Shown here piece by piece: positions 50,559 to 63,096 of a stretch of 64,000 nt of DNA (its first letter is position 1; each line of letters starts with the position of its first letter). The notes beneath the pieces were generated by a model. That model was not told the origin of the DNA. It saw only the letters and a list, made by a program, of their open reading frames with translations, and did not search any database. The translations under genes and the position numbers were made by a program. This stretch comes from Dictyostelium discoideum. Its lineage: Eukaryota. The stretch spans positions 8,224,001 to 8,288,000 of the forward strand of contig CM000151.3 in NCBI GenBank assembly GCA_000004695.1, in the 5' to 3' direction.

Positions 50559-51136
50559 TATAAAATATTTAATTGTTTTTTTTTTTTTTTTATAAATTTA
50601 TTTATTTATTATTTATTAAAATTATTATTAATTTTTTTATTATTTATTTATTTAATTAAAAATGATAAATAAAAAAATGTATAAATAAATAAATAAATAA
50701 ATAAATATGGCTTTATTTAAAAAATTATTCTTTGTTTATTGTTTAGTTAATTGATATTATTATTTTTATTAATATTTTTGTTTTTTTGTTTTTTTTTTTT
50801 TTTTTTTTTTTTTTTTTGGAAAAAAAAAAAAAAATTATATAAATAAAATTATTTAAATATTTATTATTCCTATAAAATTATAATAAAAACTAATAAACAA
50901 AAAAAACAAATTAATGTATTTATAAATTTATAAAAAATTAATAGTTATTACTATATAATTTATTTGTTTTTATTTGATATTGTTTTTATCTATTATTTAT
51001 GTATTTTTTTCTTTTTTTTTTTTTTTTTTTTTTAATAAATTAATTTTATTTTTGTATTTATATCTTTTTTTTTTTTCAGATTTTTATTTTTTTTGTTTTT
51101 AGTTTTTAAACTATAACTAAATTAATTTAAGTATAT

Positions 51137-51158
51137 CGTGGTGTGTGTGGGTGGGTTT
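51137..51158. promoter_or_regulatory. G/T-rich 'G-box'-like element (cgtggtgtgtgtgggtgggttt) in AT-only intergenic DNA, ~580 bp upstream of the aspartic protease start
   Basis: Seen directly. It resembles the GT-rich G-box / CA-rich elements bound by G-box binding factor in Dictyostelium developmental promoters (established knowledge). Assignment to a target gene is inference. Confidence 0.35.
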
Positions 51159-51722
51159 AATTTAGTTTAAAATATTTGTTTTTTTCTATTTTAAATTTTA
51201 TTTTTAAATTTTATTTTTTTTTTTTTTTTTAAATTTAATTTTTAAATCAATGTCTAAGCAATGAAGGAATTTCTATATTAAATTCCATAGTAATTTAAAA
51301 ACTCGTTCTAAAAATTTTAAAAATTAAGCCACAATATAATATAAAGTACTATTTTAATTTTTAAAAATGTGTTGGGGTTACTATTAAAATTTAAAAAATA
51401 AAAAAAATAATTTATTGGATTTCCATGGTTTGATATATTATTATTTTTATTTTTGTTTGATAATACAATAATAAAATTATTATTTTAAAATAAAACAAAT
51501 GTTAAAAGTAGTGGTTAAAAAAGTGTTTGTGGGGTTATATATTCATTTTAACCATAATGATCTTATCTAAAATGAAAAAATTAAAATGACTATATTTGTG
51601 TGTTGTTGTGTTTAACCATTATAGAGAAATCAAGTAAAAATTTCCGATATGAAATGAAAAAAAGAAATTACATATTGAAATTAAAATAAAAACTTTTTAA
51701 AAATAATTGATACATAAACCAA

Positions 51723-51780
51723 GTGAGGGGGGTGGTATAAAATTAAAATTAAAATTATTGGTGTGGTGTGTGTTTGTGGT
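51723..51780. promoter_or_regulatory. Pair of G/T-rich elements ('gtgaggggggtggtat' ... 'ttggtgtggtgtgtgtttgtggt')
   Basis: Seen directly. Same class as the element at 51137. Confidence 0.3.
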
Positions 51781-52897
51781 AATTTTTGTATATGTATGCA
51801 TAGTGTGAAATTAAAACTAATTGTACATGTAATATTTTTCATTGTCTCATTAGCAATATTGTTAATTTGTTCTTTTTTAAAAATACCTGGTTGAATAATT
51901 AAATATATATCAAAAAATCTCATTGTCTTTTAAAATAAAAAAATAAAAAAATAAAAAAATAAAGCCCTTTGTTTTTAAAAAAAAAAAAAATAAAAAAAAT
52001 AAATAATAAATAAAGGATTGATATCTTTAGTATTTATTTTTACACTTAAAATTATTTATAATTTTTTTAATTAAAGCAAAGTTTATCATTTTTATTTTAC
52101 AAAAAATAATAATAATAATAAAATAAATGAAAAAGTAAAAAATAAAAAAAAGAGTTAAATGAATATATAATATAAATTAAATTTCAAGTTTATAGAATTT
52201 TTTTTTCTTTTTTCATTATTAAAAAAAAAATCTATAAATTTGAAATTTAATTTATATTATATATTCATTTAACAATATTTTTCCTTTTTTTTTTTTTTTT
52301 ATTTTTTTTTTTTTTTTTTAAAATAAATTATTTCTTCATTATTTATTTAATTATAAAAAAGTTATTAAAGAAAAGGTTGAATAAATATAATAGGAAAATA
52401 AAACGATTAAATTTATATTTTGTTGGTAAAAATACTATGAATTTAATTATATAATGCTTCTTAAAATTATGATTGTTCTCCTGAATCATTACTTCTTTAA
52501 AAATGTAGTAAAAATTAAAACCTATACTATTATTTACTGATCTGCTTTTATAACCATTTAAATTTCAAAAAATAAAACTAAATAAAATTAAATAAAAAAA
52601 AAAATAATAATAATATAATTATTAAAAATAATAATTTAAAATTGATATAAATAAGATTTAAAGGTTATTTCATTTTATTTTTTATTTTCAATGTGGCTAA
52701 CTTCGTAAAATTGGATTGCAAAAATTAAACTCCTGAGGTTTTATTTTTATCAATTTCAAAGAGAATCCATGAGTTTTGTAATATTCAAATTGTTTTTATT
52801 ATTTTAATTTTCACTTTTAAATCACAATATCTGAAGATGTGGCGTTTGTTATGATATTAATTTAAACTTAAAACTATTAATAATTTTTCATATCTAT

Positions 52898-52951
<54 letters not shown>

Positions 52952-53386
52952 GAATAAATAAATAAATAAATAATGAAGAAAAATAAAAATGGGCTTTCAA
53001 TTAAACATCACTAAACAACATCACATGTATTTTTAATTAAACATTTTAAATTATTAAATAATTTTTTTTTTTTTTGTGGGGTTTAAAAAAAAAAAATCTT
53101 GATTAATCTTGTGATTGTTTATTTCAAAAAAAAAAATATAATTGAAAAATATCAAAAATAGATTAAAAAATATAAAAGGGATAAAAGAGAAAATAAAAAT
53201 AAAAATAAAAATAAGAAAAATTAAATAAAAAGAAAAAAAAAAAAATAAAAAAAAAAAAAAATAAAAAAAAAAAATAAAAAAAAATTACATCGTTGTTCAA
53301 AAATGTAAAACATTACAACACATGAATTTATTTGATTTTTAAATTATAATAATTGGGAGAATGTTAAAAATAACTCTGACATATAG

Positions 53387-53423
<37 letters not shown>

Positions 53424-53510
53424 AACCCACATTACAATTGAACAATTTAATATGTGTTTTTTTTTTATCATCGAAAATTATATTTATTTTTTATTTTTTT
53501 TTCTATTGTT

Positions 53511-53550
53511 AGGAGAGTGGGGGTGTGTGTTTGGGTGGGTACACCGTGTT
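53511..53550. promoter_or_regulatory. G-box-like element 'aggagagtgggggtgtgtgtttgggtgggtacaccgtgtt' ~210-250 bp upstream of the IPT/TIG gene ATG
   Basis: Seen directly. The position is typical of a proximal promoter element. Confidence 0.4.
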
Positions 53551-53759
53551 AAATCAAATAATTAAGCTCATTCTTTAGATGGATAATTTTTTTATTATAT
53601 TTTTATTTATTTTTATTTTTATTTTTGTTTTTTTTTTTTTTTTTTTTTTTATGTTAATATTATTTAGACTCTCTTCAAAAAAAAAAAAAAAAAAAAAAAA
53701 AGATTATAATATATCATATATTATATAATTAACCCTATAAAATTTAATTACATGAAAAA

Positions 53760-56433
53760 ATGAAATTAATTATTTTTATTATTTTTATATATTTATTTAT
53801 TATTCCTATTTTTTCTCAACCAAACCCAAAAAGTATATATTTTCGAAAAAAAATAAAAATAAAAATAAAAATTAATAACTAATAAAAATAATTATTAACT
53901 TTTTTTTAAAATAAATAAATAAAAAATAAATAATTTTTAAAAATATTTAGGTTTTTTAAATACAGATACAACAATTACATTTGAATGGAATTTAAATGAT
54001 AATAATTATTATACAAAATGGATAATTATTAGACCCAATGATGCAAAATTAGAAATGCCATTTAATTGTGTAAAAGGCGAAACATCATTAAAGTGTGTTT
54101 ATACTAATTCCGACTCAACAGTTAATCAATTATATGGTAAAAATGTAACAGCATGTATTAATAGTTTAGGAGGTAATTGTGATACCCCATTAAGTCCACT
54201 TCATTATCCAACACCAATTTTAAAATCACCAATTCCAGAAATACCAGTTGATGGTGGTGAAGTTGTTATAACTGGTTCATTTTTAAAATTTGTAGAATCA
54301 CCAAACTACTATGAAATTGTTGGAACTGAAAATAAAATTACATTTATTGATGATTTAACTAAACAAGAATTCAATCCAACAAATGTAACATTAAGATTCC
54401 CAAGTGGTTGTGGTTTAAATAAATCCCTATTATTACCAAATGACCAAAAAATTCCATTTAATTATAAAAAATCAAATATTACAAGTTCATCATTAATTAG
54501 TGATAATGTTGTTGAATTAATTGGTACAAATTTTTGTAAAGACCAAAGTATCTCATTTGATGGTAAATTAATACCATCAAGTGATGTGAAAATATTAAGT
54601 TCTACTAAATTGCAATTTAATATAGTTCAAGAATATTCATCAACTGGTACACCAATTACTATTGGTGATAGTGAAGTTAAATTGGTATTCCCACCAATTG
54701 TTAATTCATATGATCCATTTTGTGGGTTGGATGGTATTGTTGTAATTCATGGTAAAAGATTAAAATCAAATAATCCAAATTCTGAGATAACTGTTAAAGT
54801 TGAAAATACCAATTGTAACGTTTTAAGCGGTGCTAGTAATACAACCTATTTACAATGCCATATTGAGTCTGGTTATGATAAGAATTTAATTGTTAGAATT
54901 GATAATATTGCAAGTCAACCTATAATGTTTTATTATGAACAACCAATAATTTATAAAACTACAATCGTTGAAAATACTGTAAATATCGATGGTTTTTGTT
55001 TATCGAAAATTAACGATATCCAAGTTGATGGTACTACTAAAAATAATAAAACCAAACCTTTATCAACCTCTGATTCAAAGGTGACTTTTAATTTGGATCC
55101 TCAATACTATGGTGAAACTTTTATTACAATTTCAAATGAAAAATATACTGCCACTACAAATGTTACTGCAAAATTGTTTGCTAAAGTATCAGAAAATCCA
55201 AAAGCTGGTGATAAAGGAATACTACTTGATATTTACTATAATGATCCTCAAGGTACATTAAAATGTAATGATAAATCAAAACTAACAGGAAGTGAAGTTA
55301 AAGACTATACATTTGAAATTAATCCAATTTGTGGTACTATAAATTTAACACTTACTGATGGTACCAATGAATTTACTTTTCAAGCTACTTCAATGCCTGG
55401 ATCAATAGATAAGTGTGAACTTCTCTCAAATGGTGAAACTAGGTGTAATGGTAGTTATCTTGTACCTGATGAATTTACATCACCCGTTGGAACTGTAAAA
55501 TTTGCAGGTAAAAATGTAAAAACAACATTTTTGAATTCAACAATATTCACCTTTACTACATTGGATGATATGTATGCTGGAGATTTATATTTAGATTCAT
55601 GTGTAATTTCCAAAAAAACAGAATATAAATTAGAACCTGTGATTTTATCATATGATGCAAACGGATTTTCAAAAACTGGTGGTGTTGCCAGTTTTACTGG
55701 AAAATATTTTGTATTGAATTCAAATCATATGAAAATTCAAAATTGTGGTAATAATCAAACTAGTCAATGTACTGTAACTTCACATACGATTATAGATTGT
55801 CCAATTTCAATTGATGGTCCAAGAGATAGGACTTGTTATTTAACTAAAGATGATAATTCTTCAATTCTAATTGGTGATCAAAAAGATGGTTCATTTATTA
55901 TTTCATTTGGTGAACCAATACCAATTGCATCGACATCTTTAGGAATAGAAGGTGGATCGTTAATTATCTTTGGTAAAAACTTTTATAATACTACTGATTA
56001 TCCATTACTAGTATCAGTTGGTAATGTAACTTGTAATAATCCAATACTAGTTGATGAATCAAATATTCATTGTACACTTGCACCAAATTCAAATACAAAC
56101 TTATTTGGTACCATTTTCGATAATCTACAAGATGTTAATGTAACATTGGCTGGTAGAAGTGGTGTTGGTAAAATATTTTCTTATTCTAGAAATTTAATCG
56201 CAACAACAACAAATGATAATAGTTTTAATTCAATGTATATAATAACTGCAATTGTTATTTTAATTGGTTTAATTGTTGCTTATCTTCAATTTACTTATTA
56301 TTATAAAAAAAATAGAAAAGATTTTATTTCAAATTATAAAATAATTAGAAAACAATGTAAAAAACAACAACACTATGTTCGTCCACATTTACAAATGACT
56401 GAAAAAAGATCTCAAAGTTTTGCAAATTATTAA
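53760..56433 (+). CDS. IPT/TIG-repeat single-pass transmembrane glycoprotein (tgr/'tiger'-family-like cell-surface protein); exons 53760..53832 (signal peptide) and 53951..56433
   Basis: Exon 1 'MKLIIFIIFIYLFIIPIFSQPNPK' ends at 'a|gtatat'. The acceptor 'aaatatttag' at 53941-53950 joins in phase with the long ORF (the upstream frame is open: 'FLNTDTTITFEWNLNDNNYY...'). There are at least four IPT/TIG-like repeats ('IPVDGGEVVITGSFLKF', 'PPIVNSYDPFCGLDGIVVIHGKRL', 'PVILSYDANGFSKTGGVASFTGKYF', 'IPIASTSLGIEGGSLIIFGKNF'). Many N-x-S/T sequons are present. The C-terminal TM 'MYIITAIVILIGLIVAYLQF' is followed by a short basic cytoplasmic tail. ~851 aa. Confidence 0.6.
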
Positions 56434-56727
56434 AAAAAAAAAATAAAAAAATAAAAAAAATAAAAATAAATAATTAAATAATTAAATAAAATCCAATGTG
56501 TAATATCATTTAAAAATAAATGAAAAAACAAATAATAATTTTTATATTTCTTTTTTTTTTTTTTTTTTATATTTTAATGATTATATATGTACAAGGTTTT
56601 ATTTAATTATTATTTTTTTTTTTAAAAGAATAAAATTTTTTTTTTAGTATTTTTTTTTTTTAAAGAACCTTTATTTTATTTGATTATTTAAAAAAAGAGT
56701 GAGAGTCTCGCTAAACTATTAAAGAGC

Positions 56728-58193
56728 TTAGATCTTTGATTTGGCTAAACTTTCTTTGGCTTCAGCTTTTTGACGTTTGGCTAAGATAGCACGAGCTGGA
56801 CCAGATAAAGTGTTACCACCCCAGGTCTTTCTGTGTTCACTGTTATTGTTGAACATTTGTTTGGCGGATTCAACTAATAAAGCGAGTTCGTTTGAGTCAG
56901 CAGAGTTGACACCAGTGAGGGCAACACATGAAGCGTTTCTCATGTGAACTAATTCACCTAATCTGGATTTAGATTTGACGATACAGTATGGGACATCCAT
57001 ACGTCTGCAGAGGGTTGGTAAGTATAAGACGAGCTAAAATGAAAAAAAAACAAAAAAAAGTTAATAATTATTTTATTTTTTAAATATAAAGATAAATAAA
57101 AAATACACTTTAATAAATTTAATAATTAATGATTTTTTTTTTAAAAAACTATTAGATTAAAAGTAAATATTAACTATATGTACTAGATCATATTGATAAA
57201 AATATCAAATATAATTTAAAACATTCTAATTAAATATCCCCAGTATATCAATTACTTAATTATTTTTTTTTAAAAAAAAAAACAATTAAATAATCTAGAA
57301 TACTAGATGGAATTGAACAATAAACTCTGACGTTTAAATTTTCAACTTTTAATTTTTTTTAAGATTCTATTTAAAAAAATAGGAATCATGGAAAAAAATA
57401 GCGACCATAACACGTTGGCAACTAAAAAACCCCTAATAGTTTTACGATTATCATATAATTATATTTACGTATATAAAGTGAAAAAGGATAGAAAGAAAGT
57501 ATATATTAAAATAATTTTATCTTACTTCAACTGGGTCAACATCGTGGGCAATGACGACTAATTTAGCTTTCTTCTTTTCGATTAATTTGGTGACAGAGTC
57601 AATACCGAAACGTAAGTGTTGGACTGGTTTTTCAGCTTTTGGAGCAGCTTGACCTTTTGGAGTGGCAGCACGGGCTTCAGCGATTTTCAATAATCTAGCT
57701 TTCTTGACTGAGGCTTCTTCTGGTCTGTATTTATCTAATAATTTGAATAAATGGACAGCGGTGTTTTTGTCAAAGACACGGGTGAATTGGTTGATTGTTG
57801 GTGGAACCTTTAATCTCTTTAATAAAACACGTCTTTGTCTTTGTAATTTGATGTATCTTGGCCAGTGAGTGAAATGAGTTAAATCTCTCTTTGGTTGAAC
57901 ACCGAAACCAGTACCAAAGTTTTTGACGTTTTTGGTGTATAAGGCGTTGAATAAGGTTCTAGTTTTGATTTTCTTTTCACCCTTCTTGACGACTTTCTTT
58001 GATTTGGTGGTGGCAACAGCGGTTTTGGCTGGAGCAGCTTTGGTGGCAGCAGCTGGTTTAGTTTGTTTTTGAGACTAATATTTTAAAAATTATTTAAATT
58101 AATTTATTGTTCATTTCTTATTTTTTTTTTTTTATTTTTTTTTTTTTTATTTCATTTTTTTTTTTTGAAATTATTTAAATTTTAACATACCAT
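56728..58193 (-). CDS. rpl7a: 60S ribosomal protein L7a (eL8); three exons: complement(58191..58193) = ATG only, complement(57526..58074), complement(56728..57033); introns 58075..58190 and 57034..57525
   Basis: Exon 2 reads '[42 protein letters not shown]...[41 protein letters not shown]...[12 protein letters not shown]'. Exon 3 reads '[30 protein letters not shown]...WGGNTLS...'. These are collinear with human RPL7A ('...[38 protein letters not shown]...[38 protein letters not shown]'). The initiator ATG is followed directly by 'gtatgt'. The acceptors are 'aatattag' and 'cattttag'. 285 aa. Confidence 0.85.
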
Positions 58194-58448
58194 TCTGACT
58201 TGATAAAGAGTAACAACTGAAAAAAAAAAAAAAAAAAATTAAAAAAAAACTTTATAGGCCAAAATTTCGTAAAAAAAAAAAAAAAAAAAAAAATTGAAAA
58301 AAAAAAAAAGTAAAAAAAAAAAATTGAAAAAAATCACGAATTTCGTAAAAAAAAAACGAGCAGGGTAACGTTTGATGGATTTATGAAGATATTTATAGAA
58401 ATAAAAAAAATATAGAAAAAGTACAGAAAAAAAAACAAACATGTCTTT

Positions 58449-58481
<33 letters not shown>

Positions 58482-58559
58482 ATTCAGATACAACAGCACT
58501 TGTGTACCATTTTAATTTTTTATTTTTATTTTTTTTTATTTTATATTTTATAAATATTT

Positions 58560-58761
58560 TTAATATAATTTTAAGTGTTTAGTGACAGCATCAACTGCTT
58601 CTTTTGGTGCTGGACCAACAGCGAGTACAGTTGCAGAACCACTTGGAATTTGTGTATGGCCAGAATCTAAAACTAAATAACTTACAACACCAAGTTCTTT
58701 TGCTTTATTTCTTAAATCAACCCTATTTTTTTTTTTTTTTTTATAAATAAATAAATAATTA

Positions 58762-58819
<58 letters not shown>

Positions 58820-59317
58820 AAATAAATAATTAAAATTATATAATTACAATTCTTCTTTACTATTTGCTTTTAAAGTTATTTTAGCACAACCAAAATTTTC
58901 CCATTGTCTTAAAACTTTTTTAGAATCTTTTAATGCTTTTTGACGAGCACCCAATGATGCATGACAACATTGAGCTATAATTTTACCTTTGGTCATACCT
59001 AAATCAGTTCTAATTACAAGTACTTGTTTACAATCACCAATTTCTTCATCATATTCAATTTCATAATCATCATTTTCATCATAATCACCATCTATTGATT
59101 CACTTTCATCATCATCATCATCATCATCATCACCCTCTTTTTCTTCTTTTTCTTTTTCTTTTTGATTATTATTTTCAATTTCTTTAATTTGTTCTACTTC
59201 TTCTTTATTTTTTGTAATTGTTGAACGTTTAAAACATTTTGCTTGGAAATAACCAAGTAAAACACCACTAAATAGTGAAATTATTGAAACTAATAAAATA
59301 TCTTTATTTAATTGCAT
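58560..59317 (-). CDS. Peptidyl-tRNA hydrolase 2 (PTH2 family) with N-terminal TM anchor and an acidic insert; exons complement(58848..59317) and complement(58560..58722)
   Basis: 'KQVLVIRTDLGMTKGKIIAQCCHASLGA...LRQWENFGCAKITLKA' parallels human PTRH2 '[29 protein letters not shown]...LKQWEYCGQPKVVVKA'. A 'gtaatt' donor follows 'SKEEL'. The acceptor 'aaaaatag' precedes 'LVDLRNKAKELGVVSYLVLDSGHTQIPSGSATVLAVGPAPKEAVDAVTKHLKLY*', which matches '[54 protein letters not shown]'. The phase is consistent, giving 210 aa. Confidence 0.8.
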
Positions 59318-60557
59318 GACCGAATTAATTTTTTATGTTTCATTTTTTTTTTTTTTTTTTTTTTTTCCCACAATTTTCATTTTTTTTTTTTTTTTTTATT
59401 TTTTTTTTTTTTTTATTTCAAAAAAACTAATTGGCAACAAAAAGGAAATTATTTTAATTTGTATAAAAAAAAAAAAAAATAAAAATAAAAATAAAAAATA
59501 AGAGATTTTAAAAATTGTTTTTATAGAAATTTTGATTTCTTTTAGTAAATTACTTAAAAATTTAAAAATGTAAAGATAATTTTTATTTTTTATTATTTTT
59601 TTTATTTTTTTTTTTTTCAACCTTTTAATAAAAGAGGAACATTTTACAATAAAATAGTTTTTGTAATTAAAAAATAGAAATTAATAGAAAAAAAAAAAAA
59701 ATTATTTCTTATTTTTTTTTTTTTTTATTTTCAATAATCAAATTATTGTTTTTATTTGTGTTTTTTTGTTTTTTTATTTGAAGAAAAAGTAAATTAATTA
59801 ATTGAAAAAACAAAATCTTATTCTTGATCACCCAAACCTAAACACATCAATCAAATAAAATTTATTTCATTGAAATTTTTATTTGTTATTTTTAATCATA
59901 AGGGAGTTAATTTAAAAAGAAAACGAGAAAATGATGATGTAGTGTTTTTGGGGTTCCAATTTTAGGGAAAATTGGAGAGGTTTTTATTATAAAATTGTAA
60001 AAAAAAAAAAAAAAAAATTGGAAAAAATAAAAAAAATAAAAAAAATAAAAAAAAAAAACAAAATTTTTTATTTTCAAATAAATCATTCTATAAATAAAAT
60101 TGAAAAAAAAAAAAAAAAAATAAAATAAAAAAAAAAAAATAAAAAATAAAAAAAGAAAAAAAAAAAAAAAACCAATTCAAATGCGATAAAAAAAAAAAAA
60201 ATATTAACCAAATAATTATTAAAAAATTATTAAAATACCGAAAAATTAATAAAAAAAAAATTAAATAAAAAAAAGAAAGAAAGATATATATATAATAACT
60301 TTTTTATTTATTTATTATTTATTATTTATTTTAATAACTCACAATCAAATATTAATATTAATATTTTCAAAAAAAAAAAAAAAAAAAAACAAAAAACACA
60401 ACTTAAAATTTTTAATGCAAAAAATCAAATAAAAAAAAAAAAAAAAAGAAAGTTATTTATTTATTAAACTATCAAATTTTAAATCTATATATCATTTTTA
60501 TATGACAAATTCGATGTAAGTTATTGATATAAAAACAACAATAGTTTTTTTTATTTA

Positions 60558-60592
<35 letters not shown>

Positions 60593-60791
60593 ATTATTAT
60601 TTTTTTTTTATTATTATTTTTTATTATTATTATTATTATTATTTTTATTTATGTGAAAAACCAATAAAATAATAAAAATTCAATCATTATATATGTGAAG
60701 TTTTAATTTTTATTATAATAATTGAAACATTCCTTAAAAAGAAAATAATTTTTTACAACAACACAAATCTTTAATTTTCAACTAAAATACT

Positions 60792-61033
60792 GCAACACAC
60801 CCACTCACCAACCACACATAGATTTACTCCAACACAAACACACTATATATACATATACATCAGTATACCTTCTATATAAAGATCTGTTGACATTTTTTTA
60901 TTGTTATTGCATTCAACAAAAAGGTGTGTTGGTTTTTTTTTTGGTTAAATTATTAAAATAAAGTGTAGGGGGTGATTAAAAAAAAAAAAAAAAATAAAAT
61001 AAAAATAAAAAAAATTACCACACCCAACCCACT
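60792..61033. promoter_or_regulatory. Cluster of C/A-rich and G/T-rich islands ('caacacacccactcaccaaccacacata...ccaacacaaacacac', 'ggtgtgttgg', 'gtgtagggggtgatt', 'ccacacccaacccac') in the PTH2-cyclin-Y intergenic region
   Basis: Seen directly. The composition is starkly different from the flanking >90% A+T DNA. It is CAE/G-box-like (family-level knowledge). The target gene is unknown. Confidence 0.3.
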
Positions 61034-62224
61034 TTTTCTTTTTTTTTTTTCTATTATATGAATAATTTAGCTCATAAAAAAAAAAAAAAAAAAATAAAAT
61101 AAATAAATTAAAAAAAAAAAATAAAAAAATTAATATATATATAAAAAAAAAAAAAAAGAAAAAAAAAAAACCAACAAAAGACAATATTAAAAAATTAAAG
61201 AAAACTAAAGTTATCATAATAACTATAACTTTTTGAGTTTTAGTTATTCTATATATCAAAAATTTTAAAAATAATCAACTCAATCATTTCAAAATCTCAG
61301 TAAGTTTCACCCCACACACTATTTTAAAAAATTTTAATGCAATTTTATTTATTTTTCACCAAAATGGGATTTACAAAAAAAAAAAAAAAAGAAAAAATCT
61401 ATGTTATTTTAATTAGATTTGTAAATTTGATTTCTTTATTTTTATTTTTATTTTTTTTTTTTTTAATTTTTAAATTTTATTTTTTTTATTTTTTTTTTTT
61501 TTTTAAAGATTTCTCCCGAAATGGAAATTTTTTTTTTTTTATTTTTTTTTTATTTTTTTATTTTTTTCCAGAAAAAAAAGGACTTGTCAAATATTTTACA
61601 TTTTTTAATCTGTGTTTTACCCTATTTTTTACTAAAAGAGACAATAACAATAAAGTTCATATTGTTTTCACGAGTTGTATTTTTTTTAAAAGAGAATTAA
61701 ATTATAAAAAAAAAAAAAAAAAAAAAAAGAAACTTAACGAACTAATTTTTTCAAGAAAATAAAAGAGAAAAAAAAAAAATATTAAAGGTTTTTTTTTTTT
61801 TTTTTTAATTTTGTTTTATTTGAAAAAAAATAGTTAGGTTTCAATTTTTATAATAATATCAATTCGTTCGTTTTTAAAACAAAAAATAAATAAAATAATA
61901 AATTAAAAATAAAATAAAATAAAATAAAATAAAATAAAAAAAAAATAAAAATTATTAAAATTTACACTTTTTGTTGTGTAAAAAAGTATAAATATCACAC
62001 ACCTAGTTTTATAATTATCACAATAATTATTACACTTTTTCTTTTTTTTTCTCACCATACATAACTTAAACATAAATTAAATCTTTTCAAATAATTATTG
62101 TTTTTTTTTTTTTATTCATTTTTTAATTTTTATTTTTTTTGGAACAACTGCAATTATCTTTTAAAAAATTATTTTTTATTTTATTTGCAACTTATTATAA
62201 TAATAAAAATTAAAAATTTAAAAA

Positions 62225-62260
<36 letters not shown>

Positions 62261-62816
62261 ACACTGTTTTTCTTCATTTATACTTACACATAAACCATTG
62301 ACATATTACCACACACAAAAATTCACCACCCTTATTTATTGGTTTTTTTTTTTTTTTTTTTCAAAAATTTTATTTTATTTTATTATTATTTTTTTTTTTT
62401 ATCATTGCAAAAATTTTCACACCAAACTAAAATTTTATTTTATTTTATTTTTTCTTTGTTCTAAAAAATTAATAATAAATAAATAAATAAATAAATAATA
62501 TAAAAAAGGTTTTTTAACTTTTTTTTTTTTTTATTTTTTATTTTTAATTTCAAATACTATAATATTATTATTATTATTACTTTCAACTTTAAAAACTTTT
62601 TATTTTTTTTTTTTTTTATTTTCAATTTTATTAATTTTTAATTAATAAAATTTAATGCATATATAAAACAAAATAATTATCAAAAAAATTAAAAACCTTT
62701 TTAAAAAATCATCATCGTCGTCATCGTCGTCTTCTAATAATAATAATAATAATAATAATAATTTAAATAATAATAATAATAATAATAATATTGAAAATAA
62801 TAATAATAGTAATAAT

Positions 62817-63056
62817 ATGGGAAATTGTTGTTCATCATCCAAACGATCAAACGGATATGATTCAACAGATGATAGAATACTAGAAGAATCATTAGATATT
62901 AAAGGTGGTCATAATAACAATAATCATGGTGGTGGACACCATCATCATCACCATCATCACCACCATCACATTAAAAGAAATTCAAATGGTGGATTATATA
63001 ATAATGAAATGAAATCAATTTCATCTGAAAATAATAATAATAACAATAACAACAAC

Positions 63057-63096
<40 letters not shown>

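Noticed and set aside
51681-51923. 80-aa ORF on minus strand overlapping the G/T-rich islands
   Set aside because: Low-complexity composition with no homology signal. The region is better explained as regulatory GT-rich elements.
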